A DNA stretch of 64,000 nucleotides, taken from the NCBI GenBank assembly GCA_951406725.2, contig OX597824.1:37076001-37140000 (forward strand). Reading direction: 5' to 3'. Each line of letters begins with the position of its first letter. Positions within the stretch are counted from its first letter, which is position 1. The position numbers were made by a program, and so were the translations under genes. This document shows, one piece after another, positions 1 to 12,366 of this stretch. This stretch comes from Octopus vulgaris (lineage: Eukaryota). A model generated the notes under the pieces. That model saw only the letters and a list, made by a program, of their open reading frames with translations. It did not search any database and had not been told where the DNA came from.

Positions 1-617
1 TGTCAACTGATCTGTAATGTCATTCTTGAGAAGGTAGCTTACTAAGTTAAAAGTGGTGACAGCTGCATTTGTAGGAGCAAGAACAGCCCTGTGCTAATGT
101 GCAAATATCAGCAGTTTGCAGGGAATGGGCATTGTAAAAACTGTACAACTGTCACAGCTTTGTATGAATAAAAGCAGAGAATATATATAGTATTGATTAA
201 ATTCTGAATATATATAATATGATTAATTTCCAGATATGACATGGATTAATTTCTGAAGTGTTTAAAAAAATAATTGAAAGTTGATTTAAATTGAATGGCT
301 ACCTCAAAGAAGTGCTAATGTGCAAATATCAGCAGTTTTCTGTGAATGGGCATTGTAAAAGCTGTAGTAGAAGACAAAGTGAAAGTAGCATAACTACGTT
401 ATCAAGAGTAATGTCTCTTGAAGCAACGATCGTTGGTATTTGTTATTTACTTATGAGTAGATGTTTTCATCTCCCGGGGGCAGCATTGCACATTATGTTG
501 AAAATTTGAAGTGTCTATGACCATCTCTGGAACATAAGTGATGTATGTTCCCAGCATGAATGAAATTGGATGAAAAATATTGATTTTAAGGGGGAATCAA
601 GAAAATGTATGTGTACA

Positions 618-655
<38 letters not shown>

Positions 656-1155
656 TCTTCCATTTTATTATATATAAGGTATATATATATATATACATAT
701 ATAATATATATATATGTGTGTGTGTGTGTATACATATATATGTATGTATGTAACGATATACATATGGATATATATATTATATAATCCAAGGAAAATAGGG
801 ATGAAAAACATCCAATCTTTCACTGACTCCACAGTTAAATACCCAATTTTGCAGAGAAAAAAGAACTTTACAAATTACATGGGTATCTATTAAATTATAA
901 AAATGATTAGAAAATGGAGATGTGTAACAATTTGCAATTCAAAAATTAAAATTTTTAATTTATTAGCATAATAATATATTATATCATATTCTTATCATAA
1001 TATTAATATAATACAATATAATAAGTAATAAATATTAAATATAAATCACATAATCTTTCCTAAGTGGTGATGATGATGATGATGAGGAGGAGGAGGACAA
1101 CGATGATGACAATAATGACAACAACATTATAGATTAGCAGACACACACAAACTCT

Positions 1156-1196
<41 letters not shown>

Positions 1197-1266
1197 GTGT
1201 GTGTGGGTGTGTGGGTGTATATATGTATATGTATATATGTATATATGTATATATGTATATATGTAT

Positions 1267-1305
<39 letters not shown>

Positions 1306-1474
1306 TAGATATATATGCTTGCCTGTTTGTAAATAGAGACAACATTACCTCTTGCACCCAACAAGGGACCCTCTACATGGTTACACAGCCTACAAGAAAT
1401 AGCAGTCAATTCTCTTTCAGACGACATGCTGCTGTCTTATTGAACACATGTAGAGAGTATTTTGATAATTCTAA

Positions 1475-2130
1475 ATATTGGTTTCAAATTTTGGTACAAG
1501 GCCCGTAGGTTTCAGGGAGAAGATAAGTTGAGCAAATCAACACTAGTGTTCTGCTGGTACTTATTTACTGATTTCAAAAGGATGAAAGACAAGCCAACCC
1601 AACAGAATTTATACACAGAATGTAAAGACAAGCAAAATGCCGCTAAGTATTTTACCTGGTGTGCTAATGATTTTGCCAGTTCACTGCCTTGATAATGTTA
1701 ACTAATTCTAAGGCGGTGAACTGGCACAAATGCTAGCATGCTGGGCAAAATGTTTAGCGATATTTCGTCAGTCTTTACGTTCTGAGTTCTAATTCCACCA
1801 AGGTTGACTTTGCCTTTCATCCTTTCGGGGTCGATAAATTAAGTGCCAGTTGCATTCTGGGGTCGATCTAATTGACTGGCCCCTTCTCCAAAAATTTCGG
1901 CCCTTGCGCTTAGAGTAGAAAAGAATATTGACTAATCCTTTCTACTATAGGCACAAGGCTTGGAATTTGTTGGAAAAGGGGCTAGTCAATTACATTGACC
2001 CCAGTGCTCAACTGGTACTAATTTTACCGATCCTGAAAGGATAAATGGCAGAATTTGAATTCAGAACACAAAGGCAGATGAAATGCCACTAAGCATTTTG
2101 CCCAGCATGCTAACAACTCTGCTAGCTCAC
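1475..2130. mobile_element. Cluster of three family-A SINEs (1475-1692 -, 1711-1925 +, 1935-2130 -)
   Basis: tRNA-like head AGGCGGTGAACTGGCA...GAGTTCTAATTCC (B-box-like), then GACTTTGCCTTTCATCCTTTCGGGGTCGATAAATTAAG. This sequence recurs about 11 times in the window. The central block resembles the Meta-SINE domain (recalled, unverified). Confidence 0.8.
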
Positions 2131-3451
2131 TGTTAAATTATGGAACAGAATAATAACAGTAATCATTTCATCATTGTTGAGCTAAGGAAGAATTACAAAG
2201 GAGTTGGATGATAAAATATGAAGCTGGTGACTCCTTGTTGAGCTAGGGAAGAACTATAACAGAGAGTTGGGTGATAGGATACTAAACTGGTGACCAAAGA
2301 GCTGATGTTTTGCATAACAAGAACACTGCTGTGGTATGTCTGTGGCCAAAACATTTCACTCTTAAATAACTTATACCAGCAAGCTGTGAACAAATACTGA
2401 ATGAGAGGAGTGATTACTACAGTAATTAGTGGGAGCACTGTGTACTTAATGATAGTTTGTTTGCTCGCATTAGTGTGTTGATTTCAAAACTTATTATTGT
2501 CATGATTTGGGGGAGAATCAATGCCATCAACATAACACTCCTGCTAGAAACAACAGCCAAATCACCTTCAAATTACAGATTAGGAAGCAATGAATACTGC
2601 AACACTAACTATGTGAAAAGAAAAGATGGGACAGCCATGGTTGGATTGTCTTTTATCATAGGCCTTTCCACTAGGGCTGAACCCAGGCTAAACAAAAAAC
2701 CCAGTCATTTCTAGATAAAGACAAACACTTCAGTGAAATCATCGTGACCTGTTAGGTTATAAAACACACCATCAAATATGGAAAAGTATTTTGATTTACT
2801 ATGTCATGTGATTTAAAGAAATAAATCAATAAGTAATTAAATAATAGATTTAAAAGAAAAAACAACACAACTAATAAAACATTTACTTAACAAAAGTACT
2901 TGTTGTTGCTTATATTAAAGAATAATTGTAAAAATGGAGGAGAGGCATTAAACTGCAATTCTGTAAATTTTCATAAAACATTAAATGAATTTTAGCCATT
3001 TTTATTTGTGCAAGTATTAGACATTTACATTAACCTGAAACTGGTAGAAGAAGAATACGCTTAAATTGCTTCTAGGTTTATTCTACTCAATATACTATGC
3101 TGCAGAGTTCTATTTATATTCAGAATGTTCCTGACCATCTGTGTTTAGTCATGCATAGCATGAAATACAAAATCCTTTCCCATTTTGCACTATTTGGAAA
3201 TATACACACATTTTCAGTCAGTTGACTGATATATAACATACTAAACTGGTTAGTTCAACCAAATAAAAAAGTTTCTAACTTGGTGTGTTCACTGACTGCA
3301 GAATGGGGAGATGCAAGAGATGAATGCTTCTGTGCTTGTGATTACTGTATGGAATTCATTTTGTAGGGAGTTAGAAATTGGCCAGGGTGGTGAGGAGAAA
3401 TATACATATATTGATATATATATATATATATATAAATATACATATATCTGC

Positions 3452-3517
<66 letters not shown>

Positions 3518-3552
3518 ACATACATACATGTATATACATATATATTAGATAT

Positions 3553-3857
3553 AGTGGAGGCACATGGCTTAGGGGTTAGAGTAGCGGACTCGCGGTCGAG
3601 GGATCACAGGTTTGAATCTCATACCGGGCAATGTGTGTGTTTATGAGTGAAACACCTAAGCTCCACACAGCTCCAGCAGAAGGTAATGGCGAACTTCTGC
3701 TGACTCCTTCGCCACAACTTTCTCTCACTCTTTCTTCTTGCATCTGGCAGCTCACCTGCGATGGACTGGCATTCCATCCAGGTGGGGAACCTATACGCCA
3801 ATAAAACCGGGAAACCAGCCCATTATGAGCCAGGCATGGCTTGAGAAGGAACAAACA
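3553..3857 (+). mobile_element. Family-C SINE (tRNA head, V-domain-like core)
   Basis: A box TGGCTTAGGGG, B box GGTTTGAATCT, core CTGCGATGGACTGGCATTCCATCCAGG. Homologous copies at 14684, 20874 and 58160. Confidence 0.8.
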
Positions 3858-4426
3858 CATCATCATCATATCATCATCGTTTAGCGTCCGCTTTCCATGC
3901 TGGCATGGGTTGGACGGTGCAACTGGGGTCTGAGAAGCCAGAAGGCTGCACCAGGCCCAGTCTGATCTGACAATGTTTCTATGACTGGATGCCCTTCCTA
4001 ACGCCAACCACTCCATGAGTGTAGTGGGTGCTTTTTACGTGCCACCAGCACAGGTGCCAGACGAGGCTGGCAAACGGCCATGAGCGGATGGTGCTTTTTA
4101 CGTGCCACCGGCACGGAGGCCAGGTGAGACTGGCAACGGCCACGATCGGATGGTGCTTTTTACGCGCCACCGGCACGGAAGCCTGTCGGGGCGGCGCTGG
4201 CAATAGCCACGTTTGGATGGTTCTCTTATGTGCCACTGGCACTGGTATCACAGCTACAATTTCCATTGATGTTGATCAATTTTGAATTTTGATTTTGATT
4301 TTGATTTTGATTTTCACTTGCCTCAACAGGTCTTCACAAGTAGAGTTTTGTGTCCCAAGAAGGAAAGGTACGCATAAGTGAACTGAGGCCATGGGTTATG
4401 GTCTCACTTGTCTTGTCGGGTCTTCT

Positions 4427-4430
<4 letters not shown>
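3858..4430 (-). mobile_element. RTE LINE 3' UTR fragment with (GAT)n tail
   Basis: Reverse complement matches the 3' UTR of the RTE at 39690-40268, including the tandem GTGCCGGTGGCACGTAAAAAGCAC units. Confidence 0.8.
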
Positions 4431-4467
<37 letters not shown>

Positions 4468-4636
4468 TCAGTAGAGCTAGAGGTTGGAATAACTGTCTAA
4501 GGGATAAAAATATCCATTTTACTACCGGTATAATTACTTATGTTAACCCTGGACATACATATGCAAGCATATTATGCTCACAGGTTACAGGTAATGACAA
4601 ATATAAACGTGAGTTTATCAGGAATCAAATTTAAAA

Positions 4637-4759
4637 TAAACAGAAAATGGAGAAATATTGATCAACAACAATTGATAACATTAAAGTTTATGTGTATTAA
4701 AAAGTAGTAATTGATGTTAATCAATTGTTGTTGATCAATATTTCTGCATTTTCTGTTTA
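4637..4759. repeat. ~48-bp imperfect inverted repeat inside a short element flanked by (TA)n
   Basis: TAAACAGAAAATGGAGAAATATTGATCAACAACAATTGAT is followed by its reverse complement at about 4711-4759. Confidence 0.8.
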
Positions 4760-4763
4760 CTTG

Positions 4764-4818
<55 letters not shown>

Positions 4819-4847
4819 AAAAAAGGAGATGTCGAACACGAGTGGTG

Positions 4848-5176
4848 ATATAAAAAAGGAAATGAAGAAAATGCTGACAAATAATTGAAGTAATTTAAGT
4901 AATTTAATTAGGTGAAAGTTCTTTTTACCGGTTGCGCATTTGTTATGCTTATCAAAATATAAAAGAGAGATTAGAGTTCCTTTCTTATAGAATTTTTCCT
5001 CTTATCTGAGGATAAGGGAAAAATAAGATAAGAGGAAAAATTCTATAAGAAAGGAACTCTAATCTCTCTTTTATATTTTGATAAGCATAACAAATGCGCA
5101 ACCGGTAAAAAGAACTTTCACCTAATTAAATTACTTAAATTACTTCAATTATTTGTCAGCATTTTCTTCATTTCCT

Positions 5177-5185
<9 letters not shown>
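4848..5185. repeat. Near-perfect palindrome (~160-bp arms, 18-bp spacer), Penelope-like terminal-repeat remnant
   Basis: Arm 4848-5007 is the reverse complement of 5026-5185 except for one homopolymer base. Each arm carries a hammerhead-like motif. The element is embedded in (TA)n. Confidence 0.9.
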
Positions 5186-5219
<34 letters not shown>

Positions 5220-5223
<4 letters not shown>

Positions 5224-5435
5224 TAATCCAAACATGAAAACACAAAGAGAAAACACAACAACGCGAGGACGTGGAATAAGTATAGTATTATTGGATGCTC
5301 AGGAAAGAAGGAAAGAAGGAGGGTTTAACGTTTTGAGTGGAGCTCTTCATCAAAAACATAGGAAAAGGAAAGATTCAAAGAAGGGAAGACGGAGGAAAAA
5401 AATCGCCAACGGTAAACACGTGGTCACATTTTGAA
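5220..5435 (-). mobile_element. Penelope-like terminal repeat remnant with a decayed hammerhead motif
   Basis: Minus strand 5324-5358 reads TTGATGA-AGAG-CTCCA-CTC-AAAACGTT. Confidence 0.5.
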
Positions 5436-5515
5436 TAACCAGGTAAAAACATAAACAATTTTTACCAAGTGGTCAGAGTGGAAATAAAAACTCATAGGTA
5501 AATTTTATAAATATC

Positions 5516-5644
5516 TTATAATTATATACATAATTATAACAAGGGCTTGTGTTTCCCAGAGAATTTATGGTGGTAATAGTGTCTTTCAACGTCTATTTTT
5601 CAGTGTATGATGAGCCCTTGTTATAATTATGTATATAATTATAA
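5516..5644. repeat. ~31-bp perfect inverted repeat
   Basis: TATAATTATATACATAATTATAACAAGGGCT ... AGCCCTTGTTATAATTATGTATATAATTATA. Confidence 0.85.
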
Positions 5645-5728
5645 TATATATATATATATATAGTGGAGGCACATGGCCTAGGGTTTAGAGCAGCAGACTC
5701 ACAGTCGAGGTAGAAAAAGGTAGAAAAG

Positions 5729-6700
5729 GTAGAAAAGGCCTCTTCATCCTGCTCAAAAAAATCGGATGTCCACCAAAGCTGCTGAGGATCATCAAATCTT
5801 TCCATGATGATATGCAAGGCACCATACAGCACAATGGTTCAGCATCAGCTGCCTTCCAAATAAAAAAATGAGGTAAAGCAAGGTTGTGCCCTTGCTCCTA
5901 CATTATTTGGCATCTTCTCGCTGCTACTGTCACATGCCTTTGAGACATCAGATGATGGAATGTTTCTGCACAGTAGAAGTGACGGGAAACTGTTCAATCT
6001 CTTGCGTCTGCATGCCAAGACCAAAATCAGAAGCATCCTGATGAAGGAGATGCTATTTGCTGATGATGCCACTCTGTTATCACACATGGAAGAAGCCCTG
6101 CAAAGGCTCATCAACTGTTTTGAGCAAGCATGTAGCGACCTCGGCTTAGTTATCAACCCCAAGAAGATCAACATCATGAGTCAGGCTATATCGGACATCC
6201 CAAACATACATATTGGAGATCACAGATTACAGGAGGTGGAGAAGTTTACCTATCTTGACTCTACCGTCACCTACAAACTATCTCTTGATACTGAGCTCAA
6301 TATACGCATTGGCAAGGCAGCTGCTGTAATGGCCCAACTATCCAAACTGGCATGGGACAACAATAAGCTGACCAAGAGCACAAAAATGAAGATTTACCAG
6401 GCATGTGTACTTAGCACCCTACTGTATGGAAGTGAGACTTGGATGCCATACACATGCCAAGAGCGTCGCCTAAATATCTTTCACCTGCACTTCCTCCGGA
6501 AAATCCTTGGCATCAAATGGCAGAATCATGTTCCCATCAAAGATTTCCTCAAGCAAGCAGGAATACCAAGTGTGTTTGCACACCTCACACAAAGACGTAT
6601 GAGATGGCTTGGACATGTTAGCCGTATGGAAGATGGCAGAATCCCCAAGGATATACTCTACGGAGAGCTTGCTAGGGGCTCTAGGTCTGTGGGAAGACCG
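5729..6700 (+). mobile_element. 5'-truncated RTE (BovB-like) LINE, C-terminal half of reverse transcriptase, decayed
   Basis: GCPPKLL and VKQGCALAPTLF lie upstream of ORF 5960-6727, which contains EMLFADDA, STLLYGSETW and RMRWLGHVSRMEDGRIPKDILYGEL. Confidence 0.9.
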
Positions 6701-6747
6701 TTCTATCTATATATGTGGTGCATGTAGATAGATAGATACTACCTTAA

Positions 6748-6757
6748 TAATACTACC

Positions 6758-6830
<73 letters not shown>

Positions 6831-6838
6831 TGATGATG

Positions 6839-6910
<72 letters not shown>

Positions 6911-6912
6911 GT
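6748..6912. repeat. (AAT)n/(GAT)n microsatellite
   Basis: Read directly from the sequence. Confidence 0.95.
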
Positions 6913-7472
6913 AATGCCCTGATGCAGTACCAGGCAGTGGCTCTCATGGCTTCTGATCTTAACTGATTGGAAGTGTTATCATGTACATTGTTTTGTCATG
7001 GTATAAAAGATGGGCTACAGCAAATATTCTGCTCAATACCACAGATTTGCTTGTCAGTTGTTTGACCATAACCAGTTGAGCATGTCCCTTAGTGGCTGAT
7101 GATATGTGCATCTCTGATCATGAGCAGAAATAGTGGGGGAACCATCATAGCCGTGTGTTGAAAGGAATTCTTAGAGGTTTGGATAATTGACCTTTGGAAA
7201 CATAGGTGTTTCATTCAACATCCTTAAACAATCCTTATTCAGGGACCTTTTGAGTGGGATGGGCTACTTGACCAGAAGAAAATTCTAACTGGGCCCCACC
7301 TGCAAGGTCATGCACTGTTTATCTTGATATGAGATCACCATGTCATGCACATATGGTTGTGATGCATGTGCCTGATGTACCCTTATTAGATGGGTAGTCA
7401 TGATGGGTTTACTGGGCTTCATATATTTTACCCCAGTGTCACTTTGATGGCATGCACTGCTCTCTCACTCAG
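6913..7472. mobile_element. Non-coding ~560-bp interspersed repeat inserted in (AAT)n
   Basis: Second copy at 63633-64000 also follows (AAT)n. An inverted fragment lies at about 30850-31040. TAA-repeat targeting is typical of R4/Dong-mobilised elements (inference). Confidence 0.7.
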
Positions 7473-7473
7473 T

Positions 7474-7549
<76 letters not shown>

Positions 7550-7550
<1 letters not shown>

Positions 7551-7735
7551 CATCGAAAAATACCTTAGGAATGAGAACCCAGGTTCAAAACTTCCCCAAG
7601 ACACCTAATGAAGACTGGAAGGTATATCAGCCGAAATGATATGTTAACAACAAACAAGATGAGGACAAATATCCATCAAATGTAAATAATGTAAAATAGT
7701 GTACATAATTCCTCATCTCTTAAATATAAAACTGT
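7550..7735 (+). mobile_element. Penelope-like terminal repeat remnant with a decayed hammerhead motif
   Basis: 7605-7640 reads CTAATGA-AGACTG-gaaggtatat-CAGCC-GAAAT. Confidence 0.55.
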
Positions 7736-7789
7736 ATTATGAAAAACTAGTTTAAATTTAAATAATATATCTATTTCAAAGTATATGCT

Positions 7790-8760
7790 GCAAAGAATTA
7801 GTGCTCCACATGACCATCAGTGTCAAAACAATAAATTGCTTCCTGGAACACACTTTTAGCATTTAAGGTATTATGCTTTGAACTGCATCAGTAATAAGAT
7901 TTTGAAGTTCTGCTGCAGCTATAATTCACCCATTGGTGTACACCATAGACTTAAAGAAACCCCAAGCAAAAGAAGTCTAATGACGTTAAATTAGGTGAGC
8001 ATGCTAACCATGATTTTGCTCCCCTATGACCAATCTAACAACAAGGGAAGTATCTGTCAAGATAATTATATACAATCTTTACATAATGGTACAGCGTACT
8101 CTCTCCTGTTGAAAAACTACTGCATCAAGAATGCCATCTGTATGAAATTGAGGTTCAAGGAATTGTTCAAATATATCACGGTACACAGCCCCAGTGACTG
8201 TAATCTCTGCAGAGAAGAAAGTTCCGTACACTTTCGATTTAACCATACCAAGCCAAACATTCACTTTTGGTGTATCTCATTCCCATTCAAGAACTTCAGT
8301 TGGCTTCTTGCTTCCCCAAATTATGATGATTAATTTTTCTACATATGTGGAAGATTGCTTCATCACAGAACAAAATTTTGTTGATTAAATCAGCACTTTC
8401 ACTTTTATCAATAAGCTCAGCACACATCGCTGATCTGCATAGATAATCCTCTTCTTGTAAGTTGGGAAAAACTTGAATGTGATAAGCTTTTTTGTTCAGA
8501 TCACTTTATAGGATTTTGTGGATTGATGCACATAGAATTTCTAATATATTAGCTGCCCTACAATTCAATAACTGCAGATCCTCTTCAAATGCTTCTGAAA
8601 CCAATTCAGTTCTTTCTCCAGATGTTCATGGACATCTAGTTCTGCTATCATTATGCACAGATCCAGTTTTCTGAAATGTCATCAATAATACAAATAACTT
8701 TGTCTGTTGGACCTTTCCTATAAAACTTCCACTGATATTTATATCTAGTTTTTCCCATTT
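7790..8760 (-). mobile_element. Decayed Tc1/mariner-superfamily transposase (maT/rosa-like)
   Basis: Minus-strand fragments: FQKTGSV (N-terminal HTH region), NVWLGM..KVYGTFF...TVTGAVYRDIFEQFLEPQ...VVFQQ, and SPNLTSLDFF (compare SPDLTPLDFFLWG). Multiple stops and frameshifts. Confidence 0.75.
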
Positions 8761-8782
8761 CAGGCCTTTATCTTCCATGCTA

Positions 8783-9262
8783 ACTGGCTTCTGTGCCAGT
8801 GGCACATAAAAGGCACCATTCAAGTGTGATCGTTACCAGCACCACCTTACTGGCACTTGTGCCCATGCTAGTAGGGTGCCAAGAGCACCATCCAAGCGTA
8901 ATCGTTGCCAGAGCAGCCAACTGGCTTCTGTGCTGGTGGCACGTAAAAGGGCACCTTTCGAGCATGATCGTTACCAACGTTGCCTTACTGGTACCTGTGC
9001 TGGTGGCATGTGTAAAAAGATTCGAGCGAAGTCATTGCCAGTACCACCTGACTGGTCCCCGTGCCGGTGGCACGTAAAAAGCACCCACTACACTCTCGGA
9101 GTGGTTGGGATTAGGAAGGGCATCCAGCTGTAGAAACTCTGCCAAATCAAGATTGGCACCTGGTGCAGCCATCTGGTTCGCCAGTCCTCAGTCAAATTGT
9201 CCAACCCATGCTAGCATGGAAAGCCGACATTAAACGATGATGATGATGATGATGATGATGAT
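8783..9262 (+). mobile_element. RTE LINE 3' UTR fragment with five tandem hairpin units
   Basis: Repeated GTGCC-ggt-GGCACGTAAAA-GCACC units, GGAAGGGCATCCAGCTGTAGAAAC and a (GAT)n tail. Confidence 0.8.
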
Positions 9263-9439
9263 GCTACCACAAACCCCCTACTTACATGTTCATCATCAGT
9301 TATTTGGGCCTGAAAGATAAAATTAAACACTATATAAATATCAACATAAACCAATTAATATTTTTTAAAAGCACAAATTTGCACAACTGCAAATCGAATG
9401 TCATTGAAATTGATAATGACTTTTCATACATGTTGTATT

Positions 9440-10175
9440 TATTATTACATTTGTCAAATTCCTGTACTGCCATATTTTTATCAGTAGGAACACTTATGTC
9501 TATTAGTCTACAAATATTTTCTTCCCTGTCAATAATAATTATGTCTGATCAATTATCCTGGATTTTTCTGTCAGTGTTGACTAGAAAATCCCAGAGGATG
9601 TTAGCATTTTTACTTTCAATGACTGGCTCAGGATGGTGTTCATACCAATTAACAGGAGTGTCAATTTTGTAGTGTTTACATATTTTCCAATGTAAAAAAC
9701 TGTCCTACCCTATTCTGGTAAATTACGTATTTGTTTGGTGTCAGCACAGAACAGCTTGAAACAAGATGGTCTACTGTTTCATTAAATGTGTTGCAGAATC
9801 AACAATGTTTTAAAGAACTTTAGCCTAGTAATTTCTGGTAAACAAGTTTTGATCTTGTACCTATTTCTTTATTGCCCACAAGGGGCTAAACATAGAGGGG
9901 ACAAACAAGGACAGACAAACGGATTAAGTCGATTACATTGGCTTCAGTGCAAAACTGGTACTTTATTTATCAACCCCGAAAGGATGAAAGGTAAAGTTGA
10001 TCTCGGCAGAATTTGAACTCAGAACATAACGACAGGCGAAATACCGCTAAGCATTTCGCCCGGTGCGCTAACGTTTCTGCCAGCTCACCACCTTTTGATC
10101 TTGTACCACTAGTATGAAGCCTTTAGTCTCTGCTTTCAATCTTGAATGTCATGCTGGACCACTGCCCTCACTGGT
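9440..10175 (-). mobile_element. R4/Dong-like LINE C-terminal fragment (restriction-like endonuclease region), interrupted by a SINE
   Basis: Homologous to 43690-44400, with ILWDF, IIIDRE and LIDISVPTD motifs on the minus strand. Confidence 0.7.
9862..10092 (-). mobile_element. Family-A SINE with 15-bp TSD
   Basis: TSD TTTTGATCTTGTACC at 9847-9861 and 10093-10107. Confidence 0.9.
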
Positions 10176-10426
10176 TTTACTCAGGTCATATTGACCTCAG
10201 TGCTTCCTTCAGTTTTGTTTTTATTGATCTTCATTTGAGAAATAGCAAAGCTTAGAATAGTTAGAATAAAGCTGGTGGAGCTGTGACTAGTCGTCTGCAG
10301 ATTTGAAGTGACACAGCATCTGGAATGCGGTTGGCACTGTGCAATATGGTGACGGGTAAATGCAATAGAGCAAGTGATGGATGGTCCACTATGTGCAGAT
10401 GATGGTTTGTCAGACATTAGATTCCA

Positions 10427-10513
10427 GAGAGAGAGACAGACAGACAGGCAGGCAGGCAGGCAGATAGATAGATAGACAGACAGACAGACATGTAGACAGA
10501 CAGACAGCCCAAC

Positions 10514-10588
<75 letters not shown>

Positions 10589-10589
10589 C

Positions 10590-10651
<62 letters not shown>

Positions 10652-10676
10652 TTAGATAGATAGAGGGGGGAGGAAT

Positions 10677-10717
<41 letters not shown>

Positions 10718-10720
10718 AGG
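10427..10720. repeat. Compound tetranucleotide microsatellite (GACA/GGCA/GATA/GAAA)
   Basis: Read directly from the sequence. Confidence 0.95.
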
Positions 10721-11756
10721 GCAGAGAGACTGAAGGAGAGTGATGAGGAGTGTTTGAAGTGCCTGAGTGAAATTCAACTGATGAGGTATAACAAGGCAGA
10801 AATTATTCATAGCCCTGCTTGGTGTGTTTTCATACATATTATCTATAAGAAGAAGTCTTTTTCCGGAAGAGTTACACTTACTGTAGCAAAGTAAATGCGT
10901 TAAGAATAAATATAGACAGCTTCATTTTAATCAACATTGCTTAGTGTGCCTTTAATTAGTTAATTCCGGTTTGGCAAGGCTCTGGACACATCAGTTAATT
11001 TTTTTATTTGTTGTTTACACATAAGAATGGTATACAGACATATACACATATGCATATGTGTATACATACATACATACATACATATACATGTATACATATG
11101 TACATATACATGTATACATATTTACATATACATGTATACATACATATATATATATATATATTGCACTTAACTGCATTTCCATAAAGATTTTGTGCCAGAT
11201 AAAGTCTTATCAAAATGGTAATATCTCTGCCTCATTTCTGCTGTGACATGTGATTCTCTCACAGAGTATGATGGGAGGAGAGAATATCAGAGATTAATAG
11301 ATAAAGAATTTGATCATTTGATATGATTTTAAAATGGTAAGTTTTGTTCAGGCAGTAAGGTCTTTATCAAATTCTATATTTTTTTTCTTTCACAACGTGT
11401 TTCAACTGCAGTAATTCTTAATAATTCTTAGCTTCTATATTCCAACCATCCACCCATTCACCTTTCCTTTCATTGAGTTACCAATCTATTCATCCATCAA
11501 GTCAAGCTAGATATGTGCAAGTGTGTATGTGTGTAGGGGATGAATGTGGTGGGATGCACATGTGTGTGTGAATATTTAATTTCAGTTTTTAACAATATTT
11601 AAGGCTATTTGAATGAATGCAGTCTCATTAAATGTAAGTATCTACCAGCCTTACTGAATTCTCAGAATGGTGAAATATAATTGCACTAGTAACTGGAGAT
11701 CTTTTAAAGTAAGGTAAAATATATGAAATTGGAGAATTTACTTTCCAAAAATAGAC

Positions 11757-12150
11757 GTTGCTATGCGGTAAGAAGTTTGCTTCCCAACTACATGGTTCTG
11801 GGTTCAGACCCACTGCAAGGCACCTTGGGCGTCTTCTGCCATAGCCTTGAGCTGATCAAAGCCTTGTGAGTGGATTTGGTAGAATGAAACTAAAAGAAGC
11901 CTATTGTATATGTGTGTGCATGTGTGCATGTGAGTATGTCTTTGTGTCTGTGTTTGTCCCCTTCAACCACTTGACAACTGGTGTTGGTGTGTTTACATCC
12001 CTGTGACTTAGCAGTTCAGTAAAACAGACCAATAGAATAAGTACCAGGCTTTAAAAAAAATAAGTACTAGGGTTGATCTATTCCAATAAAAATTCTTCAA
12101 GGCAGTGCCTCAGCATGGCCACAGTCTAATGGCTGAAAGAAGCAGAAGAT
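11757..12150 (+). mobile_element. Family-B SINE (tRNA head, CORE-like block, internal TA/TG microsatellite), diverged
   Basis: GGGTTCAGACCC B box, CACCTTGGGC, GCCTTGTGAGTGGATTTGGTAG, tail CAGCATGGCCACAGTC. About 14 copies in the window. Confidence 0.8.
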
Positions 12151-12177
12151 AACCACAAATATGATATAATATAATAT

Positions 12178-12366
12178 TCACGTAAAAGCACCCACTATAC
12201 TCTCGGAATGGTTGGTGTTAGGAAGGGCATCCAGCTGTAGAAACTCTGCCAGATCAAGATTGAAGCCTGGTGCACCTATCTGGTTCGCCAGCCCTCAGTC
12301 ATTCGTCCAACCCATGCTAGTATGGAAAGCGGACGTTAAACAATGATGATGATGATGATGATGATG
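12178..12366 (+). mobile_element. RTE LINE 3' end
   Basis: Matches 9072-9262 and 40080-40268, with a (GAT)n tail. Confidence 0.8.

Noticed and set aside
2175-2295. Two ~60-bp diverged tandem units
   Set aside because: Only two copies with no further structure, so most likely an old local duplication.
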